This document shows positions 58,980-64,000 of a DNA stretch of 64,000 nt, piece after piece. Source of the DNA: an uncultured archaeon (lineage in GTDB: Archaea; Asgardarchaeota; Hermodarchaeia; Hermodarchaeales; Hermodarchaeaceae); the NCBI GenBank assembly GCA_964347045.1, contig CAYFXC010000002.1, forward strand, positions 116,285 through 180,284. Direction: 5' to 3'. Under the pieces are notes generated by a model, which searched no databases, was not told the DNA's origin, and saw nothing but the letters and a program-made list of their open reading frames with translations. Within the stretch, counting starts at the first letter, position 1. Each line of letters begins with the position of its first letter. The position numbers and the translations under genes are program-made.

Positions 58980-59123
58980 ATGGCAATTGATCCAATCTAT
59001 AAAATGGAAGTTAATGAAAGAACTGCAAAATTAACTTCCAAGTATAAAAGTAAAACATACTATTTCAGCGCACATAACGGCAAAACCGAATTTGATAGAA
59101 ATCCAGAAAAGTATGCTACCTAG
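58980..59123 (+). CDS. 47-aa YHS-domain protein lacking its cysteines (not in ORF track; may be degenerate)
   Basis: MAIDPIYKMEVNERTAKLTSKYKSKTYYFSAHNGKTEFDRNPEKYAT matches the YHS pattern DPVC.M.V...Y.GKTYYFC...C...F..NPEKY. Confidence 0.8.
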   Translation: MAIDPIYKMEVNERTAKLTSKYKSKTYYFSAHNGKTEFDRNPEKYAT

Positions 59124-59158
59124 TTGAAAATTTCAAAGATAGCCCAGAATTATGCATT

Positions 59159-60595
59159 CTAAGTTTCTTCTATCGGAAGAAAGATACGAAACGCCGCCCC
59201 TTTTCTAGCTGGCATAGAGAGTAGTTCGATTGAACCGCCATAGGCATCAAGGACCCGCTTACTCAGGTTTAAACCCAACCCACTGCCTGTAGTAGTCATA
59301 CCACGCTCGAAGAGTTTGGCTTGAAGGTTTTTAGGGATACCAGGACCATTATCCACGATATCGATTTGAATTTGATTCTCTTTTTGAACGATTCTGACAT
59401 TCACCACTGGTTTGGGCCCCGCATGTTGGGCAGAGTTGCGGAAGAGATTAATAAAAACAAGGGGGAGTAGACGTCCACTCGCAACGTGAATACCTTTAGG
59501 TTTTGGAGGAAAGTCGATCTTGATTGTTAAGTCTTTGTAGGTTTTCATTGCTTGGTTTGCAACCCGTTGAATAAGAGCTTTAATTTCCTTTTCAGCTTCT
59601 TTGTCGGGACGTCCAAAGACATCGAGAAGACGCGCCATGCGATCAGCAGCGGCTCGTGTAGCTTCGATGAACTCGGTAAGTTCAGAATTTTCTGAAAGCA
59701 TCATTTGCGCAACTTCAGTGGTGCTAAATATTACTTGTAAATCATTTCCGAGGTCATGTCGAAGAAGCGAGGCATAAAGTTCGAGGTCTCGGTTGGTATT
59801 TTTCAGTTTAATTTCTGTGAGCTTACGGTCATGAATATCTCGAACAATCGAGTAAAGTGCCACTACTTCACCATTTCGAATGACCTGTTTGCTGCTCACT
59901 TCACCCCAAACTCGCGAACCATCTTTTGCTATAAATGGATATTCTGTTGATGGAACTGAGTCTCCAGCCAATAGTCGCTTCGAATTTTCAAGGGCTTGAG
60001 GAAGTAGCTCAGCAGGAATTAGTCCCAAACTAGGATATAGTTTACCCTTCAATTCGTCAGGATGATAACCTAAATGGTTTTCAACAGATGGGGAGACATC
60101 TAAAATGGTCAGATCTTGGTCTAGATGGAGAAAAACATCAGTGAGATTCTCAAAAAATAGCCGATATCTTTCTTCACTCTCAGCTAAAGCTTCTTGAGCA
60201 TGTTTTCTTTCAGTAATATCTTCAATGGTTCCTTCATGGTGGATAACTTTGCCCTGTGAGTTGCGAACTGCACGACTACTAATGAGAACCCAGATGAGCC
60301 GTTCATCGAGTCTACGAAATTGAGCTTCAAAGCCTACAACTACATCCTTTTGAGCAACCTTGCGTTCCCACTGGCGCCGAACATTAGGATCAACATAAAA
60401 TGAGGATACCCTACGCTTTATGAGCGATTCTTTATCAGGAAACCCCAACATCTTGACAAAGGCTGGATTTGCATCGAGAATTTCTCCAACCCTAGGTTTT
60501 GTACGAAAAAGCCCAATAGGAACCCTTTCGAAAAGCTGGTAATATTCAGCTTCGGCTTCTTTCAATTTAGTGATATCAGTTTTGGTGGTGGGCAT
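59159..60595 (-). CDS. Cytoplasmic PAS-PAS histidine kinase
   Basis: Two PAS/PAC domains, RHDLGN H-box, NLFRNS..H, DNGPGI, GLGL. Confidence 0.93.
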   Translation of the reverse strand: MPTTKTDITKLKEAEAEYYQLFERVPIGLFRTKPRVGEILDANPAFVKMLGFPDKESLIKRRVSSFYVDPNVRRQWERKVAQKDVVVGFEAQFRRLDERLIWVLISSRAVRNSQGKVIHHEGTIEDITERKHAQEALAESEERYRLFFENLTDVFLHLDQDLTILDVSPSVENHLGYHPDELKGKLYPSLGLIPAELLPQALENSKRLLAGDSVPSTEYPFIAKDGSRVWGEVSSKQVIRNGEVVALYSIVRDIHDRKLTEIKLKNTNRDLELYASLLRHDLGNDLQVIFSTTEVAQMMLSENSELTEFIEATRAAADRMARLLDVFGRPDKEAEKEIKALIQRVANQAMKTYKDLTIKIDFPPKPKGIHVASGRLLPLVFINLFRNSAQHAGPKPVVNVRIVQKENQIQIDIVDNGPGIPKNLQAKLFERGMTTTGSGLGLNLSKRVLDAYGGSIELLSMPARKGAAFRIFLPIEET

Positions 60596-60758
60596 TATAT
60601 TCCACCTATGAATTTTTATTAATGGAGAAATGACTGTTTCCCCAACCTCTTCTCACCTTCAGATTCCATGAAATTGAGATAAGTGTCTTTCGTTATAGAT
60701 GTATAACGTCTTAGCTTGATTGCGGAAAAGGAAGAGACAGAGGGAAATAATTGTTAAT

Positions 60759-61655
60759 CTAATCAAGAAGTGCTTTGAGATGGAGTTTGTGTTTACCGAG
60801 TTTGCCTTCGAAATTAACAGCTGTGACTTTGACAAGCCCAGGAACTTTTGCAGCAGCGTTTAAAGCTGCACGCATGCCGTCTTGAACTGCATTCTTGCTC
60901 AACCCGTTGAATACGATTTCTAATACGCTGTTTACATCCGAGGGAACAAGAGAATCTGGTATATGTTCCCTTAAAGTGGGACAGAGCCGCACATTAGTTG
61001 AAGCTTTTAGGAAGTCGTATTTTGAGCCCACTTGGCTTCCACTGCGACAAATACCTCCAGGGAATGGTGCAACGCAACCATCGACATCTTGAATAGCTTC
61101 AACGGCATCTTCAGCGGCTTTAAGTGTTATTTTAGGAGTTTTACCCATGAGAATAAGGTTTCCACCACCCACGCCTTTTTTAATTCCAAATTTCTCCTCG
61201 ATAACAAACTCGCCCTCAATAACGGGAATTCGCCAAGCCAGCAGTTTGTCTCCAACACGTTTTCGATCTTCGAATCCGTCGCCAAAATAGCGGAGTTGAT
61301 TCCCAACGTCTACCCATTCTTCGGCATCATCCAATGCATTATAAACGTTGGTAGTCGGACATGTGAGAATGCATTGCCCTGTTCGCTTACGAAGCTGTTT
61401 TGCTAGATCCTTTGTTTTCAAGCCAGCAAAGAGCAGTGTGATTCCTGGACGTTTATCGGGTGTCTCAGTTTTGGGGATAATTCGGTCAATTCCGACTTCA
61501 ACTTTGCATTCAATTACAGATGTGGCAAATCCGGCTGTAGAAAGGGCACAGGTTTTTGCCCATTTTGCCGATTCTGCAGTCATCAGTATTCGAGCGACTT
61601 GCATATCGAAGGCTTCAGCAAAGGTATCTTCAATTTCTACTCCATTCAGTTCCAT
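60759..61655 (-). CDS. ftr: Formylmethanofuran:H4MPT N-formyltransferase
   Basis: NGVEIEDTFAEAF, GFATSVI.C, TPDKRPG, GQCILTCPTT, PFPGGI.RSGS.VGS. Confidence 0.96.
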   Translation of the reverse strand: MELNGVEIEDTFAEAFDMQVARILMTAESAKWAKTCALSTAGFATSVIECKVEVGIDRIIPKTETPDKRPGITLLFAGLKTKDLAKQLRKRTGQCILTCPTTNVYNALDDAEEWVDVGNQLRYFGDGFEDRKRVGDKLLAWRIPVIEGEFVIEEKFGIKKGVGGGNLILMGKTPKITLKAAEDAVEAIQDVDGCVAPFPGGICRSGSQVGSKYDFLKASTNVRLCPTLREHIPDSLVPSDVNSVLEIVFNGLSKNAVQDGMRAALNAAAKVPGLVKVTAVNFEGKLGKHKLHLKALLD

Positions 61656-61791
61656 TGTATAAACCCCGAACCAGAGTCGTAATGATTAATAATAACGTTA
61701 CTGTACAACCTAAATCTGTTTATGATAGTTTCACGAATTGCGAACATCCCCTCAAAGTGTTTTTAACAGGTAGAATGGAGCGACAACGAAT

Positions 61792-62685
61792 ATGCCTACA
61801 TCAAAACTCGTACTTCGACCCAACTTTGATTCCGCAGAAAAAATTCCACTTGATTTGAAGTCTGTTTCACCAAATACATTTGCTGGAAAAACAATTGACA
61901 AGATTAAGAAGATAAAAATCTGGCACGGAAACCGTCGAACCACACTAGAAAAATTCTTTGAAGTGGCTGGAAAAACGAATAAAGCGCCTGAGAAGACGGT
62001 GATAGAAATTGCAGGAGCAATACCGCAGGTTCGACATCTTGGTCAAGATATGACCGCAGGAACTATCATTGTAAAAGGAGATGTAGGGATGCATTTAGGC
62101 GCTCGGATGAGGGCAGGAACAATTGAAGTCAAAGGGAATGCAGATCATTGGTTGGGAGCAGAGATGTCCGGAGGCAGCATCCGTGTCAGAGGAAATGTTG
62201 GAGATAAGGCTGCCTCCTCGTACCTTGGAAGTAGGTATGGAATGAATGGAGGAACCCTTCATATTAAAGGAAATGCTGGACATGAACTAGGAATGGGTAT
62301 GCGGAGAGGAATTATAGTGGTAGATGGGAACACAGAATCCTATACTGGAACTCGTATGCTCGCAGGAACGATTATTGTACGGGGCCAATTAGGTGACCGG
62401 GCAGGCGCGGCAATGGGATACAAAGGAACAATTATTGCTTTGGGAAAGGCAAAACCACCGATGCCCACTCATTTATTCAACGGCGAATACTCAGACATGG
62501 TCTTTCTCCGCCTCCTCATGGATGCCATTGAAACCGAAATCCCAGGCGTCACTTTCACTGAACAGGAGCGGATTGGCCCATATCTTCGGTTTACAGGCGA
62601 TTTTGGTTCGGGTGGGCGAGGTGAGCTACTCCTATTCAAGCCAAAAAACAGTCATGTTCTTGAGGTAGCGAATAATGGTGAATAA
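61792..62685 (+). CDS. fwdC: Formylmethanofuran dehydrogenase subunit C
   Basis: Repeated GxxMxxGxIxVxG beta-helix motifs. Confidence 0.93.
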   Translation: MPTSKLVLRPNFDSAEKIPLDLKSVSPNTFAGKTIDKIKKIKIWHGNRRTTLEKFFEVAGKTNKAPEKTVIEIAGAIPQVRHLGQDMTAGTIIVKGDVGMHLGARMRAGTIEVKGNADHWLGAEMSGGSIRVRGNVGDKAASSYLGSRYGMNGGTLHIKGNAGHELGMGMRRGIIVVDGNTESYTGTRMLAGTIIVRGQLGDRAGAAMGYKGTIIALGKAKPPMPTHLFNGEYSDMVFLRLLMDAIETEIPGVTFTEQERIGPYLRFTGDFGSGGRGELLLFKPKNSHVLEVANNGE

Positions 62686-63652
62686 AACTCAACTTAGTGT
62701 CAACAAGCTTGCAATGCCCTTGGTAAAGCGTCTTATCGCGGAAAGTGATATACTTCAAGTCAAGGTGCACAAAACCAAAAACAAAACCACAATTATCGAT
62801 TGTGGAATCGATGTTCCTGGAAGCCTTGAAGCGGGCCGTCTCGTCTCGGAAGCGTGCATGGGTGCACTAGGAACTGTTGAATTGGACACCACCATTATTG
62901 GAGGTTCTACATTTCCTACAGCACGAGTAACTTGTGATAATGCAGCGCTTGCCTGTATTGGATCCCAAGCCGCTGGGTGGAACATAAAGGTAGAGGGATT
63001 CTTCGCCCTCGGATCTGGTCCCGCTCGAGCACGGGCTCGCGTTGAAAGTAAACTCTTTGATAAACTCAACTATGAAGACAAGCACAAAGAAGCAATTCTC
63101 TTGTTAGAAACGCGAACACTTCCTAATCCTGCAGTGAGTGAATATATTGCAGAAGCTTGTAAAATTGACGAAAGAGACCTCTATCTTCTCGTAGCGCCAA
63201 CCGCCAGTATTGTTGGCTCGGTTCAGATTTCTGCACGGATAGTCGAAACCGGAATTCACAAACTCAAAATTCTTGGTTATGATTTTCGAAAAGTGCTCAG
63301 TGGAATCGGATTATGCCCAATTGCGCCTGTGGCTCGTAAAGATACGTGGGCAATGGGCATCACAAATGATGCGATTCTTATGATGGGAGAAACCTTCCTT
63401 TTTATTCAATCGACTGAGGATGATGGCTTAGCAGATCACATCAAAGAAGCACCTTCCTCAACTTCATCGGATTACGGAAAACCCTTTCGCCAAATTTTCA
63501 AAGATGCAGAAGGCGATTTTTATCGGATTGACAAGATGCTCTTTGCTCCTGCACGAATTGCTATCAATGATTTACGAACGGGGCTTTTCTATACAGCAGG
63601 GAAACTCGATCCAAAACTGTTTCTTGAGGCAATAAAATCAACTCTTAAGTGA
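62675..63652 (+). CDS. mch: Methenyl-H4MPT cyclohydrolase
   Basis: GSQAAGW, GSGPARA, APTASIVGSVQISARIVETG, TNDA, YGKPF, FAPA. Confidence 0.96.
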   Translation: MVNKTQLSVNKLAMPLVKRLIAESDILQVKVHKTKNKTTIIDCGIDVPGSLEAGRLVSEACMGALGTVELDTTIIGGSTFPTARVTCDNAALACIGSQAAGWNIKVEGFFALGSGPARARARVESKLFDKLNYEDKHKEAILLLETRTLPNPAVSEYIAEACKIDERDLYLLVAPTASIVGSVQISARIVETGIHKLKILGYDFRKVLSGIGLCPIAPVARKDTWAMGITNDAILMMGETFLFIQSTEDDGLADHIKEAPSSTSSDYGKPFRQIFKDAEGDFYRIDKMLFAPARIAINDLRTGLFYTAGKLDPKLFLEAIKSTLK

Positions 63653-63753
63653 TTGGACCCTTCTTTGACAAAATCCTAAAAACGTAAGAAAACACCGTTA
63701 GAGGAAGAATTTATTCGAGGAGGATTATTCATGAAAAAAGGAAAGGGACGCCA

Positions 63754-63924
63754 ATGGCACTTGAATTTACCCTACTCATCGTAATCTTTGCTGTAATCGT
63801 TGTAGGTTCTACTTTTTTGTCACACATTTTTTCTGAGCTAACTCGGCTTCCTCGATTGGTTTTTTACATCATCGTTGGTCTCGTGATTGGACCACTTTTT
63901 TTGAACTTGCTAAATCCAGATTAG
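63754..63924 (+). pseudogene. Truncated N-terminus of a cation:proton antiporter (CPA)
   Basis: MALEFTLLIVIFAVIVVGSTFLSHIFSELTRLPRLVFYIIVGLVIGPLFLNLLNPD-stop matches the CPA TM1-2 pattern LP....I..G..IGP..L; stops after 56 aa. Confidence 0.65.
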
Positions 63925-64000
63925 ACAATAACCATTGTATTCTGTCAAAAAGTGTCACAATAACATGCAAAAGTGTCAGAATAGCACGATTCCTCTTGTT

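Noticed and set aside
1-64000. CRISPR arrays, tRNA/rRNA genes, transposases, integrases, reverse transcriptase (retron explanation for the inverted repeats)
   Set aside because: No regular repeat-spacer pattern, cloverleaf or enzyme motifs found by eye; an RT outside the window cannot be excluded

Overview
Archaeal chromosomal segment, most likely from an Asgard archaeon. The lineage is inferred from a two-domain gelsolin, a longin+wHTH (NPRL2-like) protein, a V4R/TRAPP-like protein and a GIFT/IFT52-like protein, alongside H4MPT methyl-branch genes. Ordinary content: tungsten aldehyde:ferredoxin oxidoreductase, a four-subunit 2-oxoacid:ferredoxin oxidoreductase operon, scattered fwdD/fwdB/fwdA/fwdC, ftr, mch, mptN-like, cofE, mobA, a K+-independent H+-PPase, HADs, transporters and a PAS kinase/receiver pair. 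I found no rRNA, tRNA, CRISPR array or transposase. The most unusual features are missed or mis-called by the ORF track. (1) At 1-1010 there is a diverged tandem duplication of a ~500-bp cassette: conserved upstream motifs, a strong SD, a 46-47 aa basic microprotein ending SRR-stop, and a multibranch 3' RNA structure with a compensatory base-pair change. (2) At 33585-34590 there is a ~1-kb GC-rich, heavily base-paired predicted transcript with a structured leader, a possible uORF, two coupled orphan ORFs and a structured trailer; it lies divergent from one of three paralogous double-wHTH/Lrp-like regulators that share an unrecognised N-terminal domain. (3) A Cdc48 - PH/SUI1-like - SPFH - V4R operon sits next to GIFT, NPRL2-like and membrane-anchored AAA+/vWA genes. 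(4) At least two, probably three, genes appear to need ATA/ATC/ATT start codons. All family calls come from motif recognition by eye; no searches were run.
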